DNA from: Chitinophaga pinensis
Lineage (GTDB): Bacteria > Bacteroidota > Bacteroidia > NS11-12g > UBA955
Direction of reading: 5' to 3'
NCBI GenBank assembly: GCA_945877575.1
Contig: CAMDUE010000006.1
Location: 32,767-96,766 of the forward strand
Length of the DNA stretch: 64,000 bases
Shown: piece by piece, positions 10,353-19,897 of the stretch
Layout of the letters: each line of letters starts with the position of its first letter
Numbering within the stretch: position 1 is the stretch's first letter
Translations under genes and position numbers: made by a program
Notes under the pieces: model-generated
The model's database searches: none
What the model was told of the DNA's origin: nothing
Seen by the model: only the letters and a program-made list of their open reading frames with translations

Positions 10353-10946
10353 CTAATTTATCATCGCCTGCTTAACAACGTCCCAAACTTCATCTTTGCC
10401 GAGACCGGTTTCTGAGGAAGTAATGATGAAAGGAGGAATTTCTTCCCAATCTTGGGAGAGTGCATCCAAAATTGCTTTGTGATTGTTTTCGAGTTCCGTT
10501 TTCTTGAGCTTATCAGCTTTAGTCCCTATGAGTACTATGGGAATTTGATCGGCGCCGCAATCATTGATAAATTCTAAATCAATGGATTGTGGCGGTATTC
10601 TGAGGTCAATTAAAATGAATAGACAAAATAAATTCTCGCGGTTACGCAAGTAATATTTAATCATTGTTGCAAATTTGAATCGCTTTTCTTTCGAAACTTT
10701 GGCATATCCGTAACCGGGTAAATCGCAAATTTGGAAAGTGTCATCGCAGTTGAAAATATTCAAGGTTTGTGTTTTCCCCGGTTTGGAACTTGTTTTTGCT
10801 AAATCTTTACGCTCTGTCAGCATATTGATGAGCGAAGATTTGCCCACATTTGATCTACCAATAAAGGCGAATTCTGGAAGCTTATTATGCGGTATATCAA
10901 CCGACTTTTCCCAACTTCCGAGGAATTTTGCTTGCTTAATTTTCAT
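10353..10946 (-). CDS. engB: Ribosome-biogenesis GTPase YihA/YsxC
   Basis: G1 motif GRSNVGKSSLIN, DLPGYGYA and TKADK. Confidence 0.9.
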   Translation of the reverse strand: MKIKQAKFLGSWEKSVDIPHNKLPEFAFIGRSNVGKSSLINMLTERKDLAKTSSKPGKTQTLNIFNCDDTFQICDLPGYGYAKVSKEKRFKFATMIKYYLRNRENLFCLFILIDLRIPPQSIDLEFINDCGADQIPIVLIGTKADKLKKTELENNHKAILDALSQDWEEIPPFIITSSETGLGKDEVWDVVKQAMIN

Positions 10947-10996
10947 GGAAACTTGATGTCTTCAGCCCAATAGATTGATGTATATTTGCAGCCTCA

Positions 10997-11725
10997 ATGG
11001 CAGAAATCGTAAAACCCAATCCACAGTCCGACAGTTCAAAGAAACAACAAGTCGAGGAAATGTTTGATAATATTTCGGGTAATTACGACTTTTTGAATCA
11101 TTTTTTATCTCTTGGCATTGATTATTCATGGAGAAAAAAGGTGCGAAAAGTGATTCAGAAAACCGGTGCCAAATACCTATTAGACGTGGCCACAGGTACA
11201 GCTGATTTGGCTATTGAGCTAAGTAAATTGCCCAATTTAAAGATGATTGGTGTTGATATCTCCAGAGGTATGTTAGACAAAGGTGATATCAAGTTAGAAA
11301 AGCTAAAACTTACTGATCGTATACAATTACAGCAAGCAGATTCTGAAAATTTGCCCTTTCAAAACGAAGAGTTTGATGCTATTACCGTAAGTTTTGGTGT
11401 TAGAAATTTTGAAAATCTTCAAAAAGGAATGACCGAAATGGGTAGAGTGCTGAAAAAAGGTGGTTGCCTAGTGGTACTTGAGTTTTCTAAACCTACAAAT
11501 CCCATTTTTGGAGCTCTTTACTGGTTCTATTTCAAATACATTTTGCCACCCTTGGGCAGATTGGTAAGCAAAGATGCAACTGCATATACATATTTGCCAC
11601 AGAGTGTTGCTGCTTTTCCTGAGGGACAAGAATTCGTGAAAGTAGCAAAGGCTTCGGGATTTGAAAACGTAAAATATAGGGGCCTAACTTTTGGTGTGTG
11701 CACTCTTTACGAATGTTATAAGTAA
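10997..11725 (+). CDS. ubiE: Demethylmenaquinone/ubiquinone C-methyltransferase
   Basis: YDFLNHFLSLGID, SAM motif LLDVATGTADLA and FGVRN. Confidence 0.9.
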   Translation: MAEIVKPNPQSDSSKKQQVEEMFDNISGNYDFLNHFLSLGIDYSWRKKVRKVIQKTGAKYLLDVATGTADLAIELSKLPNLKMIGVDISRGMLDKGDIKLEKLKLTDRIQLQQADSENLPFQNEEFDAITVSFGVRNFENLQKGMTEMGRVLKKGGCLVVLEFSKPTNPIFGALYWFYFKYILPPLGRLVSKDATAYTYLPQSVAAFPEGQEFVKVAKASGFENVKYRGLTFGVCTLYECYK

Positions 11726-11738
11726 CTTTGAATCGTTT

Positions 11739-12455
11739 TTGCGTAGAATTATTTTAATATCGCTTCTGTTTTTTACCTCTTTTTCAGCGTGGGCCGATGT
11801 GATTCCTTATGCCCCTTTGGTACCTAGAGATCCCAATCGAATTTATCGAAAACGATTCTTCTGGGGAATCGCTTTCTCCGGCACACAAGCGATGATGAAG
11901 ATGGATTTAGACCCATCCTTCTGGGGAAGAAACGACTCGCTGTTGAATATTTCACCACAGCCTCAATTGGGCGGTGGATTTGGAGGAAGCGTAGCTATGC
12001 GAATTGGTAAGCGCTGGGAAACAAAAATGTTGACCATGTTGCAATTGCACGGCAGGAATTTAGAGTTTGATTGGGCAAACCGTCCCAATGAACTTCTCAG
12101 AATCGAAACCATTTCGTTAGATATTCCATTGACCATGAAGTACCGATCTGATATGCCCAATAATTCAGGGTTTTTCGTGGTTGGAGGATTGCGCTGGTCA
12201 CACGATTTTCAGAGTAATGAGAAGTTGGTTATTGGAGCAAGCAAGCCATTGGTTGCATTAAAAGAAAATACATACTATTACGAATTCGGTGCTGGATTTG
12301 AATTTCGGATGGAATATGTGGATTTAAGTATAGAATTGAAAATGTCAAACGGAATCAATAACGGTTTGGTTCGAGTGCCTGAAAGTTATTATTCAGGTTC
12401 CATGAGCGCCATTTATCCTAGATTGTTTTCCATCACCTTAATGGCTCAAAATTGA
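11739..12455 (+). CDS. Outer-membrane beta-barrel protein (PorT-like porin family)
   Basis: Alternating beta-strand pattern ending in an aromatic-rich C-terminus. A TTG at 11739 gives the signal peptide MRRIILISLLFFTSFSAWA. The ORF track starts at 11691, overlapping ubiE. Confidence 0.5.
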   Translation: MRRIILISLLFFTSFSAWADVIPYAPLVPRDPNRIYRKRFFWGIAFSGTQAMMKMDLDPSFWGRNDSLLNISPQPQLGGGFGGSVAMRIGKRWETKMLTMLQLHGRNLEFDWANRPNELLRIETISLDIPLTMKYRSDMPNNSGFFVVGGLRWSHDFQSNEKLVIGASKPLVALKENTYYYEFGAGFEFRMEYVDLSIELKMSNGINNGLVRVPESYYSGSMSAIYPRLFSITLMAQN

Positions 12456-13570
12456 ATTTTGTTGTACAGCATAGAGATCCCTTCACCAAAGCTAGGGCGG
12501 GAAGGATTGAGACCGATCACGGCGTAATAGAAACACCTATCTTCATGCCCGTGGGCACAGCTGCAACCGTAAAAGGGGTGAAGCGCGAAGATCTAGTGAA
12601 CGATGTAGAAGCTCAGATCATCTTAGGTAATACGTACCACCTATATCTTCGACCAGGATTAGATATCCTCCGCGAAGCGGGTGGAATCCATGGTTTTTCT
12701 GATTGGAAGAAGCCCCTTCTCACTGATTCGGGCGGATATCAAGTCTATTCATTGTCGGGTACTAGAAAAATTAAAGAAGAAGGTGCCACCTTTAAAAGTC
12801 ACATCGATGGTTCAAAGCATGTCTTTACCCCAGAAAATGTAATAGATACCCAACGAGTCTTAGGAGCTGATATTATGATGGCCTTCGATGAATGTACTCC
12901 TTATCCCTGCGATAAAGATTACGCTACCCGAAGCATGCATATGACCCACCGTTGGTTGGATCGCTGTTTCCAAAGATATCGCGAAACAGAGCCGCTTTAC
13001 GGACATCACCAAGAATTGTTTCCCATTGTTCAGGGAAGTGTTTACCCCGATTTGCGCAAGCAAAGTGCAGAATATATATGCAAACACGAGGCCGAAGGTT
13101 ATGCCATTGGAGGACTTTCAGTTGGAGAACCTCATCGTGATATGTATGAAATGACTGAATTGGTTTGTGACATACTTCCTCAGAACAAAGCTCGTTATCT
13201 CATGGGAGTAGGCACCCCCGAAAATATTTTAGAGTCCATTGCTTTAGGTGTTGATATGTTTGATTGTGTTATGCCTACCCGCAATGGTAGAAACGGCATG
13301 ATTTTTACTCGTGAAGGCACTGTGAACCTTAAAAACAAGAAATGGGAACGTGATTTTAGACCCATCGATTCCCTGATTTCACCTGACTATTCTTTTGCTT
13401 ATATGCGACATTTATTCGCATCGGGAGAAATGTTGGGAGCCATGATTGCAAGTTTACACAATCTGAAATTTTACTTGTGGCTAGTAAAACAAGCACGAGT
13501 GCAAATTTTAAATAACGATTTCCACAATTGGAAGTCCTCCGTGCTGAAATCCATCAATCAAAAATTGTAA
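12452..13570 (+). CDS. tgt: tRNA-guanine transglycosylase (queuine tRNA-ribosyltransferase)
   Basis: FMPVGT, LTDSGGYQV, GLSVGE and CVMPTRNGRNG. Apparent TTG start. Confidence 0.95.
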   Translation: MNFVVQHRDPFTKARAGRIETDHGVIETPIFMPVGTAATVKGVKREDLVNDVEAQIILGNTYHLYLRPGLDILREAGGIHGFSDWKKPLLTDSGGYQVYSLSGTRKIKEEGATFKSHIDGSKHVFTPENVIDTQRVLGADIMMAFDECTPYPCDKDYATRSMHMTHRWLDRCFQRYRETEPLYGHHQELFPIVQGSVYPDLRKQSAEYICKHEAEGYAIGGLSVGEPHRDMYEMTELVCDILPQNKARYLMGVGTPENILESIALGVDMFDCVMPTRNGRNGMIFTREGTVNLKNKKWERDFRPIDSLISPDYSFAYMRHLFASGEMLGAMIASLHNLKFYLWLVKQARVQILNNDFHNWKSSVLKSINQKL

Positions 13571-13574
13571 CGGT

Positions 13575-14669
13575 ATGTTGGGGAAGTATTTTAACGGACT
13601 TGATCGCTACATTGCCAAAAAGTTTATCAGTACTTTCCTGGTTACCATCTTTTTGTTTATTGTCATTATCATCATCTTCGATGTCGCTGAAAAACTTGAT
13701 GATTTTCTCAAAAGGAATGCCCCAATAGATGAAATTATCACTACTTATTACGTAAGTTTCATCCCCACACTCATCAATACGTTTAGTCCTGTATTCATAT
13801 TTATATCAGTACTTTACTTTACTTCTCGCTTGGCATCTCGCACAGAAATCATTGCCATGCTGGCAGGTGGAATGTCTTTGATGAGGATCATACGTCCATA
13901 CCTAATGGTCGGTGCTTTATTTGCTTGGGGAAGTTATATGCTCAATGCATGGATCATTCCCATTACTGATAAGCAGCGGGTAAAATTTGAAAATACTTAT
14001 TTACGCGATTATTGGTCAGAGGCTAGAAATGCAATATACCGTCAAATTAAGCCGGGAGTAATCATGTATATGGAGTATTTCAGCAATCATGATAGCTCCG
14101 GCGTAGGAATTACAGTTGAAGAATATAGAGGTACCGAATTGAAAAGTTCCCTGTTTGGAAGATTTATCCATTGGAATCGCGAACAACAAACGTGGCGATT
14201 GGAGCGTGTCACTCAGCGTGAATTTTTATCGAACGGGAATCAAAAGGTGGTACAATTAGCCACTTTAGACACCATGATTGGCTTCAATCCCAATAATTTT
14301 TTCTTTAGAATAGAAGATGTTCAGAGTTTAAATCAAAGCGAATTAAAAAGTTTTATTGTCAAAGAAGTTGAACGAGGCTCACCCAATGTATCTGGACTCC
14401 AAACAGAACTTTACCGGCGATATGCTTCACCATTCAGTACATTTATATTGATTTTTATTGGAGTAGCAGTTGCTGGAAGAAAGACCCGAGGCGGACTAGG
14501 AATTTCTCTCGGAGTAGGAATTTTTGTAATTTTATTTTTCCTTTTCTTCTCCAAGTATTTCGTTTCCTTGGGTGCAACCGGCGTTCTAAATCCGCAATTA
14601 GCGGTATGGTTACCCAATTTGGTTTTCATACCGGTTGCTTGGCTTTTCTATTTAAGGGCGCAGAAGTAA
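13575..14669 (+). CDS. LptF/LptG-family (YjgP/YjgQ) permease
   Basis: 364 aa with 3 N-terminal TM segments, a periplasmic beta-jellyroll-sized insert and 3 C-terminal TM segments. Confidence 0.7.
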   Translation: MLGKYFNGLDRYIAKKFISTFLVTIFLFIVIIIIFDVAEKLDDFLKRNAPIDEIITTYYVSFIPTLINTFSPVFIFISVLYFTSRLASRTEIIAMLAGGMSLMRIIRPYLMVGALFAWGSYMLNAWIIPITDKQRVKFENTYLRDYWSEARNAIYRQIKPGVIMYMEYFSNHDSSGVGITVEEYRGTELKSSLFGRFIHWNREQQTWRLERVTQREFLSNGNQKVVQLATLDTMIGFNPNNFFFRIEDVQSLNQSELKSFIVKEVERGSPNVSGLQTELYRRYASPFSTFILIFIGVAVAGRKTRGGLGISLGVGIFVILFFLFFSKYFVSLGATGVLNPQLAVWLPNLVFIPVAWLFYLRAQK

Positions 14670-14672
14670 TTT

Positions 14673-15107
14673 TTATTCAGTATCGTTGATTAATCTGTCT
14701 GCAAATGTTTTTGCACCATTACTAATTTCCCTTCGCCTTGATTTCATCATTTCCTCTAATTGTTGTTCAAGAAGTAGAATATATTTTTCACGGAATCGGT
14801 CTTCATTATGAAAATGATAATTTCCCCCTTTGTCATAACCTTGAACTCCCTGAGAGTTGGTGATGTTAAAAATTGTTTGAGGATTGAAATTCAATAATTG
14901 AGCTAATTCAATATCTAAAATATCAGCAATTTCGCAAAGTCTTTTGAGTGTTATTTCAATTTCACCACGTTCGAGTTTTGAATAGCCTGAAAGACTCAAA
15001 TTTAAATCGGCAGCCATCTGTTCACGTGTAATATCCTTTAACTCTCTGAATTTTCGAATATTTTGAATGGTGGTTTGAATGATTTTATTGTGTTTCTCGG
15101 GATTCAT
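14673..15107 (-). CDS. XRE-family helix-turn-helix transcriptional regulator
   Basis: HTH core ITREQMAADLNLSLSGYSKLERGE. Likely start at MNPEKHNK (15107); the ORF extends to 15143. Confidence 0.75.
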   Translation of the reverse strand: MNPEKHNKIIQTTIQNIRKFRELKDITREQMAADLNLSLSGYSKLERGEIEITLKRLCEIADILDIELAQLLNFNPQTIFNITNSQGVQGYDKGGNYHFHNEDRFREKYILLLEQQLEEMMKSRRREISNGAKTFADRLINDTE

Positions 15108-15206
15108 GAAGTCAAATATACCATAATAAGGATAAATAAACAATTTTGATGCATAAATAGTATTTAAAGTTGTGGTTTAATGTGGGTGCTAAAATATTTT
15201 TGTATC

Positions 15207-15662
15207 ATGAAGAAAGTAATATTTTTAACATTTTTAATGGGCCATTTCATGGTCAATGGATTTTCACAACAAGTTGTATTTCACAACGAAGTTTCCCAAA
15301 AGAACGTTGGTGAAACATTAAAAGAAAAAACTAAATCTGTTCAATTTGAAACTCTTGAATTAGAGCTCCTAGATTTTATGGGTAAAAAACACACCATCAA
15401 GGAGTGTATGCAATTCAAGCGTGATTTTGTATCAAAAATTAATTCAGATGATGAAGTAATTCGTGATGCAGGTAAACAGTTAAAGATAGCGGGCCAATTG
15501 ATGGCTTGGGGGGGCGCTGCTACCGCATTAGGAACTCTTTTAACTACTTTCGGAGAGCCCGTTTCTGGAGGATTGATAGGCTTAGGCGGAGTTATATTGA
15601 CATATACTGGATACGGCAAAATTGAGAAAGCGGGCAGAATAATGGCAGCAGCTGGAAAGTAA
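15207..15662 (+). CDS. Hypothetical secreted/membrane protein with a C-terminal glycine-zipper segment
   Basis: Signal peptide MKKVIFLTFLMGHFMVNGFSQ. C-terminal WGGAATALGTLLTTFGEPVSGGLIGLGGVIL. Confidence 0.45.
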   Translation: MKKVIFLTFLMGHFMVNGFSQQVVFHNEVSQKNVGETLKEKTKSVQFETLELELLDFMGKKHTIKECMQFKRDFVSKINSDDEVIRDAGKQLKIAGQLMAWGGAATALGTLLTTFGEPVSGGLIGLGGVILTYTGYGKIEKAGRIMAAAGK

Positions 15663-15666
15663 AATT

Positions 15667-16437
15667 ATGAAATTAAATTTTGTCATAAGCAAAGGCTTTT
15701 GGAGTAGTTTGCTGGCAATTTGGGGCATTTTTAGCCTTAATTCATGCAGTAAAGATCCAATTGGGGGAGCTGATCCTGTTGCAGATTTTACATTTTCCCC
15801 AAGTTCAGGATATAAGCCATTAAAAGTTACATTCACCAATCTATCTGAAAATGCAGATTCATATAGCTGGGATTTTGGCAATGGTAACGTTTCAAATGAT
15901 CAGAATCCCACAAATGTTTACTATAATGATGGTATTTATTCAGTTACATTAACGGCTAAATCCGGCAGTAAAACGAATAAAATCACCAAAACAATAACAG
16001 TAAAACTACCTCCAAAGTCAGTTTCTATTGTCTCTGTAAAAGTCAAAAACTTTCCTGAAACAGATGCAAATGGTGAAAATTGGGATGGGTCATTTCAAGG
16101 CTCATTTCCAGATGTTTATTTCTCAATATTTGACGGAAAGGATGATGAGGTATATTCTTTTCCTGTTGATCAAAGATTTGAAAATCTGCGAAGATCAGAT
16201 TTACCGGTGTCATTTACAACATCTGCAACTGCTGGATTTTACACTTTTGATAATATCAATCAAGGTTTTTCAATTGTTCTTTATGATTATGAATCATTAT
16301 CCTCAGACCAATTTATGGGTGGAGTGTTGAGTAATACCACATTTTTAGAAAGAATTGCTTCTGGGAATTTACCACCAACGGTAAACTTAAGTTATGGTCA
16401 ATACGATTTTGAAGTGGGACTAAAATGGAATTTTTAG
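15667..16437 (+). CDS. PKD-domain lipoprotein
   Basis: Lipobox SLNSC. PKD signature FTFSPSSG...VTFTN...WDFGNG...Y..G.Y.VTL. The C-terminal ~140 aa are unassigned. Confidence 0.7.
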   Translation: MKLNFVISKGFWSSLLAIWGIFSLNSCSKDPIGGADPVADFTFSPSSGYKPLKVTFTNLSENADSYSWDFGNGNVSNDQNPTNVYYNDGIYSVTLTAKSGSKTNKITKTITVKLPPKSVSIVSVKVKNFPETDANGENWDGSFQGSFPDVYFSIFDGKDDEVYSFPVDQRFENLRRSDLPVSFTTSATAGFYTFDNINQGFSIVLYDYESLSSDQFMGGVLSNTTFLERIASGNLPPTVNLSYGQYDFEVGLKWNF

Positions 16438-16463
16438 AAACAGTAACTTTTGAAAATTACTTA

Positions 16464-16498
16464 CAAAAAAGCCTGAAACATATTTTCAGGCTTTTTTA
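16464..16498. terminator. Bidirectional rho-independent terminator between convergent genes
   Basis: A6-AGCCTGAAA-CATA-TTTCAGGCT-T6. Confidence 0.8.
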
Positions 16499-16528
16499 TT
16501 TTGTGTTTATTTAGAATAGCTCCAACGA

Positions 16529-17692
16529 TTAATCAATCCTAAGTACCAGGCCCTTCAAATAATGTCCCTCTGGGTGAAAGATATTCACCGGATGATCTGG
16601 ACCTTGTGAAAGCCTATGAAGGATTCTGCAGGACCTTCCCACTTCAATTGCAGCAGCAGTTACTGTATTTAGGAAAAGAGTTTCGTCTATAACCTGTGAG
16701 CATGAAAATGTAAAGAGAAGTCCTCCTTTATTAACTCTTTTAAGCCCCATGGCATTTAAACGTTTATAACCCATGGTTGCCGAATGCTTTTTCTTGATGC
16801 TTTTTGCAAAGGCTGGTGGATCTAAAACGACAATGTCATACATGTTTTTATCTTCCGTTAAATATTGTAGCACATCAGCTGTAATTGACTCATGATTTGC
16901 GTCAACCCCGTTTAGAAGTGTATTCTCAGTGCACAAATCAGTGGCCACTTTGGATATATCAACTGAAACCACTTTTGTGGCACCTCCAATGAGCGCTGCT
17001 ACTGAAAATCCTCCGGTATAAGCAAAAGTATTTAGCACTGATTTGCCATTAGAATAATGTCTGAGTAGGTCTCTATTTTCTCTTTGGTCAATAAAAAAAC
17101 CCGTCTTTTGGCCATTTACCCAATTTACTTTCATTTTCATGCCGTTTTCCAGTGCCACTGTGCTTTCAGTAGACCCGATTAGAAATTCATCTTCTATGGT
17201 GGTATCATGCAGTGCTGCTTTGCTTTTGGAATAAATACTCTCCAATTTGCCTTCAAAAACAGTGTTTAAAGCGTTCGAAATATCATCCAGATGCTGATAC
17301 ATTCCATCAGAATGCGTTTGAATAACAGCATGTTTGGAATAAATATCAATGATTAATCCTGGCAATCCGTCACCTTCGCCGTGCACCAATCGAAATGCAT
17401 TCGTTTGTTTGTCAATACCCAAACCAAGTGAAGTTCTAACATCAATGCATTCAAGAAGTTTAGACTCCCAAAATTGAGCGTTAATTTCTTGATCTTCAAA
17501 ACTTAAAATCCTTACAGCAATACTCCCATCACCCACATGTCCAAGGGCGCAAAATTGTTTATGAGAGTCTAAAACTCTCACCAAATCACCAGAATGGCAA
17601 GGGTCCATTACATCAATGGCGCCCGAAAAAATCCAGGGGTGTTTTCTTTGGATGGCTATTTCTTTTCCTTTCTTGAGGATGGCTGTAATCAT
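16529..17692 (-). CDS. Class I SAM-dependent rRNA (cytosine-C5) methyltransferase, RlmI-like
   Basis: N-terminal PUA-like KHPWIFSGAI. SAM fold LNTFAYTGGFSVAA and VLDPPAF. Likely start at MITAILKKG (17692). Confidence 0.8.
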   Translation of the reverse strand: MITAILKKGKEIAIQRKHPWIFSGAIDVMDPCHSGDLVRVLDSHKQFCALGHVGDGSIAVRILSFEDQEINAQFWESKLLECIDVRTSLGLGIDKQTNAFRLVHGEGDGLPGLIIDIYSKHAVIQTHSDGMYQHLDDISNALNTVFEGKLESIYSKSKAALHDTTIEDEFLIGSTESTVALENGMKMKVNWVNGQKTGFFIDQRENRDLLRHYSNGKSVLNTFAYTGGFSVAALIGGATKVVSVDISKVATDLCTENTLLNGVDANHESITADVLQYLTEDKNMYDIVVLDPPAFAKSIKKKHSATMGYKRLNAMGLKRVNKGGLLFTFSCSQVIDETLFLNTVTAAAIEVGRSCRILHRLSQGPDHPVNIFHPEGHYLKGLVLRID

Positions 17693-17827
17693 TTTGTTTT
17701 GAGATTGAGGGTGCAAATTTACCATCAAAAAACGGTAGTAGCCGTAATTAAACGTATAGAAACGGTTATAAACGTTTAAAACACTTAAATCTTTGTGTTT
17801 TAGATGGAATTCATGCAACTTTGAATT

Positions 17828-18943
17828 ATGAATGAGTCAGTCAAATTAAAAGATATCATCAAAGTCATAGAGCATGTGGCTCCACCACAGCTGCAAGAAA
17901 ATTATGATAATTCAGGTTTGATAGTTGGCTCTGAAGAATCATTGATTAACAAAGCGTTGATCACTCTTGATTGCACCGAGGAAGTAATTCAAGAGGCCAT
18001 TGATTCGGGTTGTAATTTGGTGATTGCGCATCATCCTATCGTTTTTAGTGGAATCAAGAAGTTTACAGGGAAAAATTATGTGGAGCGAACCATTATTAAA
18101 GCAATTAAAAATGATATCGCCATATATGCATGCCACACGAATCTAGATAATGTGTTGCATCAAGGTGTTAATAAGAAGATTGCAGATAAATTAGGATTAC
18201 ATCAGTGCAGCATACTACTTCCTAAAGAAAATACCCTGTTAAAATTAGGTGTATTTGTTCCTAAATCACACTTTAATCAAGTTCAAGAGGCTTTATTTAT
18301 GGCCGGTGCCGGACAAATTGGCAATTATAAGGATTGTGGATTTTCATTCGAGGGGATAGGAACCTTTACGCCGAGCCAAGGTGCCAATCCCTATTCCGGT
18401 GAATTGGGAAAGAAAAGCGAAGAGGCTGAAATTCGATTAGAAGTAGTAGTTCCAAATCACTTAAAACATCAAGTATTGAGTGCAATGTTTCAAGCGCACC
18501 CATACGAAGAAGTGGCCTACGATTTAACTCAATTGGTAAACGCCCGAAATGATGTTGGTGCTGGTTTGGTTGGATATCTTTCGGAGGATATGAATCTAGA
18601 CCAATGGGTGAATCATGTAAAGAAAAGTATGGAAATAGATTCCTTTCGATTGACACGGTTGAAAAAAGATGGGGTTTCAATAAAAAAGATAGCTATCTGT
18701 GGTGGATCTGGGTCATTTCTAATAAAGCATGCTCGGTCACTAGGATGCGATGCTTTTGTGTCGGCCGACATCAAATATCATGAGTTTTTCGATGGGGAAG
18801 GGGAGTTGCTGATTTGTGATATTGGCCATTATGAGTCCGAAAAATACACTTCAGAGATTTTCAAAGAAATTTTATCAGAAAAATTCCCTAAATTTGCAAC
18901 CCTTTTTGCACAAATTATAACCAACCCGGTATATTATATTTAG
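17828..18943 (+). CDS. Nif3-like dinuclear metal centre protein
   Basis: NSGLIVG, LVIAHHPIVF, YACHTNLD and a C-terminal DIGHYESE. Confidence 0.85.
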   Translation: MNESVKLKDIIKVIEHVAPPQLQENYDNSGLIVGSEESLINKALITLDCTEEVIQEAIDSGCNLVIAHHPIVFSGIKKFTGKNYVERTIIKAIKNDIAIYACHTNLDNVLHQGVNKKIADKLGLHQCSILLPKENTLLKLGVFVPKSHFNQVQEALFMAGAGQIGNYKDCGFSFEGIGTFTPSQGANPYSGELGKKSEEAEIRLEVVVPNHLKHQVLSAMFQAHPYEEVAYDLTQLVNARNDVGAGLVGYLSEDMNLDQWVNHVKKSMEIDSFRLTRLKKDGVSIKKIAICGGSGSFLIKHARSLGCDAFVSADIKYHEFFDGEGELLICDIGHYESEKYTSEIFKEILSEKFPKFATLFAQIITNPVYYI

Positions 18944-18946
18944 AAT

Positions 18947-19741
18947 ATGGATGTTAGCGTAGAAAAAAAATTGCACGACCTTTGGAAGTTGCAACAAATC
19001 GACAGCAAGATAGACAATATCAAAGCGGTAATGGGCGAATTGCCTATGGAAGTAGCCGATTTGGAAGACGATATCGCTGGACTTGAAACCCGCGTTCAAC
19101 ACATCGAGGAAGAAGTTTCAAGTTTAAATACTGAAATTTCGAACAAGAAAAATGCGATTAAAGAATTTCAAGCAGCCATATCTAAGTATGACGAGCAGTT
19201 AAATCTTATCAAGAACAATCGTGAATTTGAAGCTATCGATAAAGAAAAAGAGATTGCAGGTCTTGAAATTTTATCGGCTGAAAAGAAAATTCGTGACTTT
19301 GGTAAGTTGATTGAAAGTAAAACTGAAATTCTTACTTCAACTCAGCAAACACTTGATAAACGTAAAGCAGATTTGGTGTTTAAACGCACTGAATTAGACG
19401 AAATTATCAAAGAGAACGAAGAAGAAATTCTTAAGCTTGAAAAAGATCGTGAAGGCGCTTCTAAGAAGTTGGATGATCGTTATTTTAGAGCATATCACAG
19501 AATTCGTGAGAATATGAAGAATGGTCTTGCTGTTGCACCAATTATGCGCGGATCATGCGGTGGTTGCTTCAGTAAAATCCCTTCACAGCGTCAAAGCGAA
19601 ATCCGTGCTCACATCAAAGTAACAGATTGTGAACATTGCGGACGTATCTTGGTTGACCAAACTATTTCCGGTATTGCCGCAAAGGAAGAGGAAAAAGAGG
19701 TTAAAACCACTCGCCGTAAAATGCGCTTAACCGCGAAGTAA
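18947..19741 (+). CDS. Coiled-coil C4 zinc-ribbon protein (COG1579 type), the usual partner of Nif3
   Basis: Long coiled coil followed by CGGC...CEHCGRIL. Confidence 0.8.
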   Translation: MDVSVEKKLHDLWKLQQIDSKIDNIKAVMGELPMEVADLEDDIAGLETRVQHIEEEVSSLNTEISNKKNAIKEFQAAISKYDEQLNLIKNNREFEAIDKEKEIAGLEILSAEKKIRDFGKLIESKTEILTSTQQTLDKRKADLVFKRTELDEIIKENEEEILKLEKDREGASKKLDDRYFRAYHRIRENMKNGLAVAPIMRGSCGGCFSKIPSQRQSEIRAHIKVTDCEHCGRILVDQTISGIAAKEEEKEVKTTRRKMRLTAK

Positions 19742-19743
19742 TT

Positions 19744-19897
19744 GGTTTCGGGTATCGGGTATCGGGTATCAGGTATCAGGTCTTGGGTAGCGGGTCACTG
19801 GTCTCTAGCCACTTGTCTCTAGTCACTTGCCTCTGGTCTCTGGTCTCTGGTCTAGGTACCAACTACCTGGTACCTGGTACCTGGTACCTAGTACTAA
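19744..19897. repeat. Heptanucleotide repeat array B (22 units). It fills the whole gap between two convergent stop codons.
   Basis: GGTATCG/GGTATCA, GGTCTCT and GTACCTG units in unbroken register. Reverse-complement orientation relative to arrays C and D. Confidence 0.95.
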
